A stretch of DNA of 64,000 nt from Eledone cirrhosa (Eukaryota). Numbering within the stretch: the stretch's first letter is position 1; the number at the start of each line of letters is the position of its first letter. This document shows, in pieces, positions 42,765-54,989 of the stretch. Below the pieces are notes generated by a model. It ran no database searches. It saw nothing but the letters and a program-made list of their open reading frames with translations, and was not told the origin of the DNA. The stretch covers positions 201,438,001 to 201,502,000 of the forward strand of contig OZ024743.1 in the NCBI GenBank assembly GCA_964016885.1, read 5' to 3'. The translations under genes and the position numbers were made by a program.

Positions 42765-42906
42765 ATATATAAACAACTATCTGGTTGTGGAACCAACCAA
42801 CCAACCAGAAATTTATAAATTTGTAAATTTATAAATATATAATAAATTGAAGTGAAAGCAACTGGTGCATGTGTTTCTTATTGGCAACATGACCCTCCCA
42901 AAGTAT

Positions 42907-42950
<44 letters not shown>

Positions 42951-42952
<2 letters not shown>

Positions 42953-43245
42953 TATAAAGTATGTCCATAGAATCATTTGATAATATATAAACACCGTTTC
43001 TTCTTCCAATTAGCATAATTAACCACAAATAATCAATTAAACGAGGCTATAAGATTAAAAGGCATCTATGAAGAAATAGTAGATAAATAAACGACAGCAA
43101 TCTATTCACGACCAACCGCTAAAGAATATCTACCCAACATTTCAATAGCACGTGGAAATCGATTAAATATACCGTCAACCATACATAATTAGGTATAAAA
43201 TTAAAGTTAGAAGAAAAAATGCATATACACATACCAGGATTACGT
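42951..43245 (-). mobile_element. Copy of the post-ribozyme segment of the 62383-63440 family
   Basis: Co-linear with 63142-63437; between (TA)n tracts. Confidence 0.8.
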
Positions 43246-43332
43246 ATATACATATACATATATATATATATATTCATATATATGCATATACATATATATG
43301 CATACATATACACACATACATATATATATATA

Positions 43333-43371
<39 letters not shown>

Positions 43372-43457
43372 GCATATACATATATATACATATACATATA
43401 TATGCATATACATACATATATATATACATATACATTCATATACATATATATATATAC

Positions 43458-43524
<67 letters not shown>

Positions 43525-43679
43525 CATATCTATCTATATATATTTAGAGAGAGAGAAAAAGAGAGTAACCAGAAAACTTATGGATAGCTTTAGTTTAATG
43601 AAAAATGGATGTTAGTTTAAAAATTAAAGGGAAAAAAGCAACAACTGCAGCAATATATATATATATCTAAAAAAAAGTC

Positions 43680-43962
43680 TAAAGTCTGTATTAAGCCAGA
43701 AGGCTCATTTGGCCGGTGCTTATCCTGGTTTCATGGCGTGAAGAAACTGCGAGTACAAGACTCCCTCACCCCTGGGCAGGACACCAGTCCATCGCAGGTT
43801 TAAACCTCCAGCTATTGCTGGTACTCATTTCCAGCTGAGTATACTGGAGCAACGTGAAATGAAGTGTTTTGCTCAAGAACACAACACACAACCCAGGAAT
43901 CGAACCCACAACATTATGATCGTAAGTCCAACACCCTTACCACTAGGCCACGTGCCTCCACT
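43680..43962 (-). mobile_element. tRNA-derived SINE related to the family B head, with a different tail
   Basis: Minus strand: tggaggcacgtggcctagtggtaaggg..ggttcgattcct..ttcttgagcaaaacacttcatttcac. Confidence 0.7.
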
Positions 43963-45129
43963 ATATATATAAAACAACAACAATGCTGAACACAAGATGA
44001 GAAAACAAAAAACACCAAAAAAAGTATATTTGGTTACTTTGAACCACAATAGACTTTCTAATTTTCAATAACTTTTGTAATTAGTTACTACCACTACTAT
44101 TGCTACCACCACCACCACCATCACTAACACTACCATAAACAAAGATATAATGATTAAAATGATGATGGGGATGATGATGATGACAATAGTGATTGCAATA
44201 ATTATAAAATAAAAATAGAAATAATGGAAATAAAGATAATAATAATTGTTTCTACTTTTGACACAAAACCAGCAATTACCCAATGCATTACTGGTACTTT
44301 ATTCTATCGACCACGGAAGGATGAAAGGCAAAGTTAACCTCGGCGGGATTTAAACTCAGATAAAGATAATAATAATGATTTTCGATGATAATGAAAGTAA
44401 ATCGTAAATGAGACAGATTTAAGAAGAAGAAGACCCTCCCCCCTCCTCAATATATATTTTAATCCATCCAAGCATTACTTTATTTGTATATATAGTTAAA
44501 TAGTAATTGGCTTGTCACTGATATTTTTATTTATTTGTAAATTTCATCAAATTTTCTTTTTCGAATGCATTTTGCTGTTGCAAACATTTTTACTGTACAA
44601 TTTAATGCAACAATTTCATTGATTAATGTAATTATTTATTGATCTGTTGTTTGTATTAAAGATATATCAAACTTAAATTAGCCATTTGTTGCTGTATATA
44701 AAAAAAACAAATCTGTTTTGGTTCTTTTATTCTTTTGATACATTTTATTTTCATTCTCTTCGTCAATGTCGTCAGAAAATTATTATTAATATTATTATCA
44801 TTATTATTGTTATTATGTATTCTTTATCTTTTTAGACACTTGATTGTTAATGAATTTAATAGTTGAACATAAGCACCAGTCTTACAACAGCAGCAACAAC
44901 AACAACAGTAATTACAAGAATAAAAAAATATATAATAGGATACCTGGCATTACCTAGGTTGAAAAGTAATTGTAATTGGATCATGGATAAATATGTATGG
45001 ACAAGAGTACGTGTTTGTTATAGAAATGCACTGATTAAGTTTGAATAAGTTAATACAAAGACTCTTCAGAGGAACCCTATTTCGGCACTTTAGAGCTTTT
45101 ACTTTTCTGAATTGAGAAATCACAGCTCC

Positions 45130-45392
45130 GATATTATAGGTATATGGTTATAATGTCTCAAGAAAGAATTGCAGGACAGATTTTAAGGGCAAAACCAACT
45201 GCCTGGTGATATAAGGGTTAACCCCGAGAGCAAAATAGTTGGATAATATCCATGAGCTTGGCTGGTCTCACTTGGGGATCCAGCCAGATCAGTTGGATAA
45301 GGTTGCTTCTGACAGGACCTGCTGGAGGGAGTGTTTGAGAAGAAGAAGAAGAAGAAGAAGGAGAAGAAGAAGAAGTAGAAGAAGAAGAAGAA

Positions 45393-45439
<47 letters not shown>

Positions 45440-45488
45440 AGAAGAAGAAGAAGAAGAAGAAGAAGAAGAAGAAGAAGAAGAAGAAGAA
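45130..45488 (+). mobile_element. RTE 3' fragment running into a (GAA)n microsatellite (45338-45488)
   Basis: LDNIHELGWSHLGIQPDQLDKVASDRTCWRECL. Confidence 0.65.
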
Positions 45489-45954
45489 TGCATGTTGTAT
45501 AGTTTGGCTATCAATTGAGTTAAATGGCTAAGAAGTTACTGTCATATAGCTAATTCATGCTTGAAACTACATTAACAATACATTCTTTAAAAGTGTAAAA
45601 CAGTGTTCTATCCTAAGGTCTTTACTAAGAGACTGCAAGTTGTAACAACAATCTGTCCTTTATCAAAGATACTATAAGCATTTGAATAAACAATTCAGTT
45701 TTTAGGTATTTTCTGCTAAAATATTACAGGATGTTAAGTGTTTATTAGGCTAAATCAGAAATTAATATGATTTTAAGCGGTAAAAAGTTCCTTATATTCT
45801 CTTTATTAATTCTGATGATTCCAATCTTTTGTTCATAAAATTAATTAAGTAATAATTATGTGTTGCATAAGATTTGGAAGAAATGGACATTAATTTATTA
45901 ATGTAATATAATTAACCATTTTGGTTTAATTTATCATTGTTATATATATATATA

Positions 45955-46170
45955 TATCATGTTTAATATAGAAAGGGCTTCTACAGGACTAGAACTGTTT
46001 CACTCAAAAGAAATCATCAGGAAATCCCTAATTTAAGTTTGATTTCTTTTGATTGAAACAGTTCTAGTCTTGTAGAAGCGATTTCTATATTAAACATGAT
46101 GTTTACACTCTGTTAATGTATTGAGTACCTTACTAACTGTGGTTACCTCCGCTTGGATCCAGGACTAACA
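45955..46170 (+). mobile_element. Small foldback HHR element, family HH3, with 3' tail 46101-46170
   Basis: Arms 45957-46016 and 46043-46100; related to 53197-53368. Confidence 0.7.
45975..46028 (-). ncRNA. Type I hammerhead ribozyme
   Basis: GGGAUUUC-CUGAUGA-UUUCUUUUGAGU-GAAA-CAG uucuaguc CUG-UA-GAAGCCC (GUA triplet). Confidence 0.65.
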
Positions 46171-46217
46171 CACAAACACACACACCCACACCCACACACA
46201 TACATATATACATATAT

Positions 46218-46600
46218 GGAGGCACATCGCTTAGTGGTTAGAGCATTGGCCTTGTAATCGAAAGGTTGTGAGTTCAATTCTCAGACCAGGTGATGTGTTG
46301 TTTCCTTGAGCAAGACACTTTATTTCACATTGCTCCAGTTTACTCAGCTGTAGAAATGAGATGATAGGACTGGGGTCCCTATCATTCCACTACAAAGTGG
46401 TCGTGGAGGTGCCACGGCAAAAAAGCACCCAGCCCACACTGTAAAGTGAATGTGTAGGCGCCACGGAAAATAAAAGCACCCAGTACTCACTATAAATGAG
46501 GTTAGTGTTAGGAAGGTCATCCAGCTGTAGAAATCAAGCCAAAATCAGTTCCCGTCCCACCCTTCCAAACAGGGAAAAGCGGACGCAAAAAAAAAAAAAA
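46218..46600 (+). mobile_element. SINE family B
   Basis: As 40723-41061, with a duplicated aaagcacccag module. Confidence 0.88.
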
Positions 46601-47402
46601 TGATGAAAAAATGATTCCTTATTGTATTTCATTTCATAAAAAAATATAATTCCCTTTCCTTTTCTTCTTTTTTCTTTATTACACCAATTGCTCTTAGAAA
46701 AAATGTCACCTTCAGTCTCCTAGTCACGGTAAAAGGCCTTCAGGCAACAGTCTCTGCTACTTTTAATGGTCCAGCAGCTCTCAGTATATTTTCCAGACAT
46801 TTCCTAGTCTACTGAAGGGAGAGTCACATAAGATCAATTGCTATAGTTTAGGAAATAATTTATTTGCTTAATGAATCACTGAAGAATTTCGGTAACACAA
46901 AACCTCTGGTAGCTCTTTAGGAACGGCTTTTGAAAAAAAAAAAAATAAGACAAAATTTCTTGAGTCAACAAATTTTAGTAGTAAATAGAAACAAACTTTG
47001 GAATTAGTACAACTGTTATTCTGTTGAGAATTTTATATTTTATTTATTCATCTATTATATATTCTTTCATTTGTTGTTTTATTTTTGTCTGATATGGGTG
47101 AGATAGAACAACAAATCATTTCAATTGTATAATTTATTAAAATATTTATATACTGTATATGAGCTGTGAGTATCATGGTTTGTAAAATATGTACACTGTA
47201 TCCCAATATGTTGTAAGGGGTGATTAAAAAGGTTGGTATCAGGAAGTGTATCTAACTGTAAAATATGTCTCAAAGTAAACTGTCGAACCCATGCCAGCAT
47301 GAAAGAGTGAATGATGATGTATATTGGTTTCAGAATAGGTACACATCTAAAACACAGTGTAATGAGGCTGTTTGCTTACAAACAAATCGATTATTATTAT
47401 TT

Positions 47403-47728
47403 TGTAGCATAGAATTATGGCCCTTTATGATCTGAGTTCAATCCCGCCAAGGTTAACTTTGCTTTCATCCTTATGGGGTCGATAAAATAAAGTACCAGTC
47501 CCGCACTGGGGTCGATTTAATCGACTTCCCCTCCCCCCAAATTACTGGCTTGTGACTTTACTAGAAATAATTATTTTGTAGCATAAAATTACGGCCCTTT
47601 ATGATCTGAGTTCAAATCCCGCTGCGGTTAACTTTGCCTTTCATACTGATGGGGTCGATAAAATAAAGTACCAGTAATACACTGGGATAATTGCTGGCCT
47701 TGTGCCAAAAGTAGAAACAATTATTATT
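47403..47728 (+). mobile_element. Two tandem 5'-truncated SINE family A copies
   Basis: Family core present twice, in (ATT)n context. Confidence 0.8.
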
Positions 47729-48126
47729 CTATATAAAAACCAAAAATGCATTATAATGGAAAGCATTTAGGTGAATATAAACACTTTAATATAAATAGTT
47801 TTGTGGAGTAAAATCATAGGAAGATTCAGGCAGTTTTGGTAAGAAAGGAGCTGATCCTTAATCTTAGATATTTATTGCTTCAAGTGTGGATGGAAAATTA
47901 CCACACCCCCTTCCTGTCACTTCTGGGATGGGATACCAATTTATCACACTTAACATTCCAACAGTATCTGGTAACTATTGCTGAAATCAGATAAACTGTT
48001 GAGGCATAAAAAATTAATCTTTTTGTGCTCATATTTCTAACAAAAATATGCTACCTTTGTGTTTTAATTATCAAAATATAAAGAAACATTATCAGACTTT
48101 TCATGAAATAACTAACTTTAAACTTA

Positions 48127-48350
48127 ATAATGATTTCTACTATAGGCAAAAGGCCAACGATTTTTTGGGGGAGGGTAAAGTCGATTAAATCGACCCCAGA
48201 ACATTACTGGTGCTGTATTTTATCGACCTCATAAGGTTGAAAGGCAAAGCTAACTTCAGTGAGATTCTAACTCAGAACGGAAAGGGCCGTAATTCTGTGC
48301 TGCAAAGCAGGGTGTCCGGTGATCTTCCAATACTGCCAATCTACCACCCT
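48127..48350 (-). mobile_element. SINE family A
   Basis: Family core; taactttaaacttaataa duplicated at the flanks (target-site duplication). Confidence 0.8.
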
Positions 48351-49654
48351 TAACTTTAAACTTAATAACAAAAGACAAATATTTAACTCTTGAAATCTAA
48401 TAATATTTGACATGAAAGAGATGTCAGTCCAAGGTTTCAATGTATATTTGACACTTCAATTGAAGTAGTTTTGGGTGGGTTGGTGCTTAACCATTTTGTT
48501 ACCCTATTTCTAATGAAATACACTTCATATGCCTTTCAATTTATTAAGAAAATTATCAAAGATTTAGAGGAATTTAATAAAATAACTTTTTCACTTGTAA
48601 CCTGATGTTTCAAATATTACTTTAAAACGTTCCTTAATTATGATAGAATGTTTGGTAGATAATACTTCTATAGCATTATTGTCCCATGAATGCTTTTCAC
48701 AGTATAGCCAGCCCTCAACTATAAAAAATCCCACCCCCAAAACTATCACTTCCTTTGCAAGTGTAAATACTTTCACTTTTCCACAATAACTACCCTTTTG
48801 TTTGCAAAGGTAAACACTTTTACCCTTACATTTAAGATATCCGCTAAGTCTCAGAGGAACTTGAAGCAAAGAAGCGCTAAAAAGTTTACCATATGCCTTC
48901 CAATAGTAGAATATCAGATATTCTAGGGAAACGTAATGCCCTTCTACAATTATGAATTGAGGAAAAAGCCTATATGTAATACGTCCACATGAACTTTTTT
49001 CAGTTTCCAGCATAACTGTTATCTACAAATTCAAAAATTGTTTTTCAACAAAACTTTGTTAAAAAATTACACTTTATTAAGACAATTGAGGGAAAATAAA
49101 TTTGGGTGGAATGATGCAAGTCATCTGTAGTTATGTCACTAAATTTTCATAAAAAATTGAAAGTGAAACAACTATTGCTCTCAAATGCAAACAAAATATT
49201 TTCAACGCTATATATATATATATATATGTATATACACACATATATGTAAAATTAATTTCATTTTCATTACATAAAAAAAAAAAATTAGATAAATTAAAAG
49301 TATTTAATTAAAAACGATATGGTACTACTTAAATATAAAAACATTAGTAAGAACATTCTGTGTTTAAAAATTATTTACATGGTATAGATATTTCAGGCTT
49401 GTTGAAACAAGACTTAATAACATCTTGAAGAGATTTCGATAAAAATATTAAACAACAAAAGAAACACATTTTCTTACAACTAAAAATTAAATAAAGAACT
49501 AGAGGTGAATAGATTCCAAGTTTGGCACAGTTCACAGTGAATTATATTTAGTCTAGTATTGCATAACAATGGAGTTGGGTCCATACCTCCCATGGGTGAT
49601 CCTGAGCCAATCCTCTGCGGAACACACATGATAATAATCTAATACATGTAAATA

Positions 49655-50768
49655 TCATCATCATCATCATCATCAACGTTTAACGTCCGTGTTCCACGCT
49701 TGCATGGGTTTGGACGGGGGTAGTCCTACTTGAGGCAAGAGTGATTGTCTTGCTCGCATAGGACTGTCTGGCAGGTTTTCTACAGTTGGATGCCCTTCCT
49801 AACACCAACCACATTTACAGTGTGGGTCTGGGAGGTTTTTACCGTGTTGCCTACACGGCCACATTACAGCGTGGACTGTGTGTTTTTTTGTCGTGACACC
49901 TACACGATCTCATTTGTTTCGGCCTCGATGGCGCGGCACCAACATAACTTTACATAGAACGGGGTGGTGTGGATGGGGTGGGGGTGGTGGTGGTGGGGCG
50001 GGGTGTATTTTGTTAGAGATGCCTACTGGCTGGAGTAGAATTTACTATATATTTAGGTAAGGCGGGTCTTCTCTGTTACTGAGTACCGCCAAAGGTCTCG
50101 GTCCAGTGACATTGTCTTGGAGAGGTGTAAGTGTGTGATGTCGGAGTTTATCAGCTCGTCCCAGGTTTTTCTAGGTCTGCCTATTCCGTGACTACCGTCT
50201 ATCTTTATTGCCCTGCACTTTGTTATACAGCTATCGACTTTCATGCGCATCACGTGTCCATACCAACGTAGCCTTCTCTTGAGTAAACAACATCTGATCC
50301 CTCTTATCTCTAATTTTTTCCTTAGTTCGTTTATGCTTTGCCGTTCACGTATATTACTGTTACACATCCAGCGGAGCATGCAAGCTTCGTTCCTCTCTAG
50401 TTTGCGTATATCCTCTGCACACAATGCCCAGGTCTCACTGCCATGCAGCATTGCTGTTCGTATGCAGGCATCGTACAACCTGCCTTTCATTTTTAGGGAG
50501 AACCCTTTAGCAGCTAATAGTGGTATAAGCTCTCTGAACTTTTTCCAACCAGTTCTGACTCTAGCTACAGTACTTTCAGAGCACCCTCCCCCACTGCTGA
50601 TTTTATCGCACAGGTAACGGAAGCTGTCCACTATTTCTATAGAACCCTCTGCGCAATTGAAAGAGCTAGTATTTTGTGGGCACTTGCTGCTACTTATTGC
50701 ACCAGAACACCGGCCACATGTAAAATCTATGTTCTTAGTTAGCTTACCTGTGATCCCACTACATCCCA
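49655..50768 (-). mobile_element. 5'-truncated RTE LINE, family A
   Basis: ORF 50053-50769 is an intact RTE C-terminus; 3' UTR and (ATG)n tail. Confidence 0.92.
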
Positions 50769-50814
50769 CTACATCTATATATATATTAATTCAAAATATT
50801 AATAAATATAGACA

Positions 50815-52252
50815 TTTATGTATAGGGGAGCAGTCAGCAAAGTTAGGATTAGCAATGAGTATAGCGAGGAATTTAGCGTACAGGTTGGGGTCCACCAGGG
50901 CTCTGTTCTTAGCCCTCTCCTGTTCATCATAGTCCTGCAGGCAATAACGGAGGAATTTAAGACCGGATGCCCATGGGAACTCCTGTATGCTGATGACCTC
51001 GCACTCATAGCTGAATCTATGATAGAACTAGAGAATAAATTCCAAACCTGGAAGCAGGGACTAGAGAGAAAGGGTCTCAAAGTCAACATGACAAAGACTA
51101 AGGTCCTTGTAAGTAGACGAGAAAACAGAACCCAGATCCCCTCAGGGAAATGGCCTTGCTCAGTATGTAGGAAAGGTGTAGGTAGGAACTCGATTCTCTG
51201 CCCCAAATGCAAACAATGGGTACACAAGAGATGTAGTGGGATCTCAGGAAGCTTAAATAAGAATGTAGGATTCACATGCAGCAGCTGTGCTGAAACAGCA
51301 AGCAGCAAACAGCCACAGGAAACAAGCACCACCAATCTATGGGAGGGCCCTGTAGAAACAGTAGACAGCTTCTGCTACCTAGGTGACCGAATTAGCAACG
51401 GAGGTGGATGTTCAGAAAGTACAATAACTAGGGTAAGAACAGGATGGAAGAAGTTTAGGGAACTACTACCACTGCTAGCTGCAAAAGGCTTCTCCCTCAG
51501 AATGAAAGGCAGACTGTATGATGCGTGTATCCGAACAGCGATGTTGCATGGTAGTGAGACCTGGGCGCTGAAGGTGGAAGACTTACGTAGATTAGAGAGA
51601 AACGAAGCCTGCATGCTCCGATGGATGTGTAACAGTAATATACGTGAACGACAAAGCATAAATGAATTGAGAGAAAGACTGAGCATAAGAGGAATCAAAT
51701 GCTGTGTGCAGGAGAGGCGGTTGCGCTGGTATGGACATGTGATGCGTATGAAGGATGACAGCTGCATAAAAAGGTGCAGAGCACTAGAAGTTGATGGAAA
51801 CCGCGGAGTGGGGAGACCCAAGATGACCTGGGATGAGGTGATAAAAGCCGACCTTACCCAATTACACCTCTCAAAGACAATGACACACGACCGTGACTTC
51901 TGGCGTCATGCAGTAATACAGAGTACCCGACCTCCCATGGGTACATGCTGAAGCATATAAACAATATGCCCCCACACCCCCCACCGCAAGGTGGTCGTGG
52001 AGATGCCACGGCAAAAAAGCACCCAGCCCACACTGTAAAGTGGACGTGTAGGCGCCACGAAAAAGCACCCAGCACTCACTGTAAATGAGGTTGGTGTTAG
52101 GAAGGGCATCCAGCTGTAGAAATCAAGCCAGATCAGTTCCTGTATGAGCAAGGCATGGTCAGCCGACCAGACACTGCACACAACAGGACAACCCGTCTAA
52201 CCCATGCTAGCGTGGAAGAACGGACGTAAAATGATGATGATGATGATGATGA
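50815..52252 (+). mobile_element. 5'-truncated RTE LINE, family B (RT, PHD finger, C-terminus)
   Basis: ORF 50818-51951 has GVHQGSVLSP, YADD, a C4HC3 finger and GRPKMTW; 3' UTR and (ATG)n tail. Confidence 0.93.
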
Positions 52253-52266
52253 TTCACGTAATCAAA

Positions 52267-52338
52267 ATATATTTTATTATATATATTTCGGAGGTACTGT
52301 GTTGTTTTCTCAATACGTCCTCATCAGATAAAATATAT
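52267..52338 (-). ncRNA. Type I hammerhead ribozyme, family HH4
   Basis: AUAUAUUUUAU-CUGAUGA-GGACGUAUUG..CAGUACCUCC-GAAA-UAUAUA-UA-AUAAAAUAUAU. Confidence 0.75.
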
Positions 52339-52400
52339 AAATTGATGTATGACATACCTCAACTGTGCTGATGATTCAATTCCAGTCTTGGCATTCAGGG

Positions 52401-52432
<32 letters not shown>

Positions 52433-52505
52433 TATCCAGCAAATTTCAACCGTTGAGGTTGTCTTTTTTCCGGGTATGTCAATATTTATTTATAAAACAT
52501 ATCTG

Positions 52506-52571
52506 TATTTTATCTGATGAAAGCGCACCATAATTTACCTTGGTTGCCCTTGAAATATATATAATAAAATA
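52506..52571 (+). ncRNA. Type I hammerhead ribozyme, family HH4 variant
   Basis: UAUUUUAU-CUGAUGA-AAGCGCACCA..UGGUUGCCCUU-GAAA-UAUAUA-UA-AUAAAAUA. Confidence 0.75.
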
Positions 52572-52838
52572 AATATGGTTTTATAAATATAGTTTCCATT
52601 TATTAATATATTGTCAAATCCCGCCGAGGTTAACTTTGCCTTTCATCCTTACAGGGTCGATAAAATAAAGTACCAGTAATGCACTGGGTAATTGCTGGCC
52701 TTGTGCCTAAAGTAGAAACAATTAATACATTGTGTATTTACTCCACTATTTGTTGAGTGCTTTATATCAGTTATAAAAACTTTTAAGCTTGTTGAATCCC
52801 AACAAATTAAATATAACCTCTGCATATATATATATATA

Positions 52839-53183
52839 TCATCATCATCATCATCATCATTTTACGTCCGCTTTTCCCTGCTTGCAAGGGTGGGACGGGA
52901 ACTGATTCTGGCTTGATTTCTACAGCTGGATGCCCTTCCTAACACCAACCTCATTTACAGTGAGTGCTGGGTGCTTTTTTGCCGTGGCACCTCCACGACC
53001 ACTTTGCAGTGGAATGATTTGGACCCCAGTCCCTATCATCTCATTTCTACAGCTGAGTAAACTGGAGCAATGTGAAATAAAGTGTCTTGCTCAAGGAAAC
53101 AACACATCACCCGGTCTGAGAATTGAACTCACAACCTTTTGATTGCAAGGCCAATGCTCTAACCACTAAGCCATGTGCCTCCA
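52839..53183 (-). mobile_element. SINE family B
   Basis: Full-length reverse complement of 40723-41061. Confidence 0.9.
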
Positions 53184-53196
53184 TATATATATATAA

Positions 53197-53368
53197 GTTT
53201 ATCCTGGGTTCAATCGGGGGTTACATAGCAGAGTATGAATATTTAATATAGAAATGTCTTTTACAGGACTAGAACTGCTTTATTCGGGAAAAATCATCAG
53301 GGCTCCTGATGATTTCTCCCAAATGAAACATTTCTAGTCCTGTAAAAGCTATTTCTATATTAAATATA
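53197..53368 (-). mobile_element. Small foldback HHR element, family HH3
   Basis: Arms 53239-53301 and 53305-53366, each with CUGAUGA; tail 53197-53238 resembles 46135-46170. Confidence 0.7.
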
Positions 53369-53391
53369 TATATATATATATAATATGTATG

Positions 53392-53457
<66 letters not shown>

Positions 53458-54019
53458 TGTATGTATGTATAAATAGACTTGTAAGAAAAAGAATAACAAC
53501 AACAACAACAGTAACAACAATAATAACATCTCAGAATCAGCAATAAGCAATGGACCAATTTGTCACATGACACCTTGTAATGTTCAGAACAGAATTTGAT
53601 TATTTCATATCAGTGTAAACTGTAATTATATATGTAATTAGAATATCACTTAATTTCTTATAATCACTTTTAATTTAATTTGCCACACACACACACAAAC
53701 ATACATATACACTCATGTATTTACATTTTTTCTCTCTGTCTCTCTCATATACAATCTTACACACACATACAAGCATTCATATGTTCATAAGCACACAACT
53801 AAATACAGATACATATTTACACTCGTATATCTTAGTCAAGTACATTCCGTCATTTTCTCTCTTTCTCTCTCTTTCTCCCCTCTCTATGTCTAATTCTTTC
53901 TCACCATCTCTAATATAGCATTTGTACATATACAAATAAGCACATAGATATATAGACAGATATAGCTAAAGACTCATACATAAACATTCAAATACATAAA
54001 CACAAATATCATTATACAC

Positions 54020-54071
<52 letters not shown>

Positions 54072-54265
54072 TCAGGTTTGAGGTTCACCACTGTATAGAG
54101 CTGGTCTATTCCATATGGTCAATCGTAATGTTATAATATAGAGAGTACTCAACGTAAAGCAGTTCAACCGTCTTTGTTTTTGTAGTTGGTGGTGCTATTA
54201 CGGAGTTAAATATTATAATGAAATGACAGGAGGCTGGATTTGTGTAAATCCTTGAACGGTTTATT

Positions 54266-54323
54266 ATACTATGATCATTTCAATGACCGGGTTCCGTATG
54301 GATCCGGTGATATCATCAGGTAT
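54266..54323 (-). ncRNA. Type I hammerhead ribozyme (HH1)
   Basis: AUAC-CUGAUGA-..ACCGG AUCC AUAC GGA AC CCGGU..-GAAA-UGAUCA-UA-GUAU. Confidence 0.72.
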
Positions 54324-54931
54324 TCGAAATATAATACGTGAATGTAATAGATAAAATCCATGGGGCTGAAAATCGAGGACCCGAGGGCGACCGCTATTCT
54401 GCTCCTTCAACCTCAGCCGGTGGCCCTCGAGTGACGTGGCTAAAGTTTACAGTGTGCTACTACCAGTCAGATACACGAAAACAGAAAGGGATGGGAACAT
54501 AAGTTAGCGTCGACTCATGCCACAGGATAAAAGAAAGAAAGAAAGGAAGGAGAGAGAAGAAGGGGGAAGGAAGAAGAAGAGAAGCCAGGGTTAATGTCAG
54601 CTATAAGAAGAAAGACAACTAATACCGGTCAGATATAGGCAAACAAAAGGGGGAAGGAAGACTTATCTGGCTTCTCTTCTTCTTCTTTCCCCCTTCTTCT
54701 CTCTCCTTCCTTTCTTTCTTTCTTTTATCCTGTGGCATCAGTTGACGCTAACTTATGTTCCCATCCCTTTCTGTTTTCGTGTATCTGACCGGTAGTAGCA
54801 CACTGTAAACTTTAGCCACGTCACTCGAGGGCCACCGGCTGAGGTTGAAGGAGCAGAATAGCGGTCGCCCTCGGGTCCTCGATTTTCAGCCCCATGGATT
54901 TTATCTATTACATTCACGTATTATATTTCGA

Positions 54932-54989
54932 ATACCTGATGATATCACCGGATTCATACGGAACCCGGTCATTGAAATGATCATAGTAT
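54932..54989 (+). ncRNA. Type I hammerhead ribozyme (HH1)
   Basis: Mirror copy of 54266-54323. Confidence 0.72.

Larger units (their letters stand above)
41566..42913 (-). mobile_element. Penelope-like element forming a 1.3 kb near-perfect palindrome (arms 41624-42249 and 42273-42913) with a 58 nt tail (41566-41623)
   Basis: GIY-YIG ORF ends on both strands, HHR in both arms, (TA)n flanks. Confidence 0.92.

Noticed and set aside
48591-49013. 140 aa ORF in apparently unique sequence
   Set aside because: No recognisable motif and no supporting splice signals.
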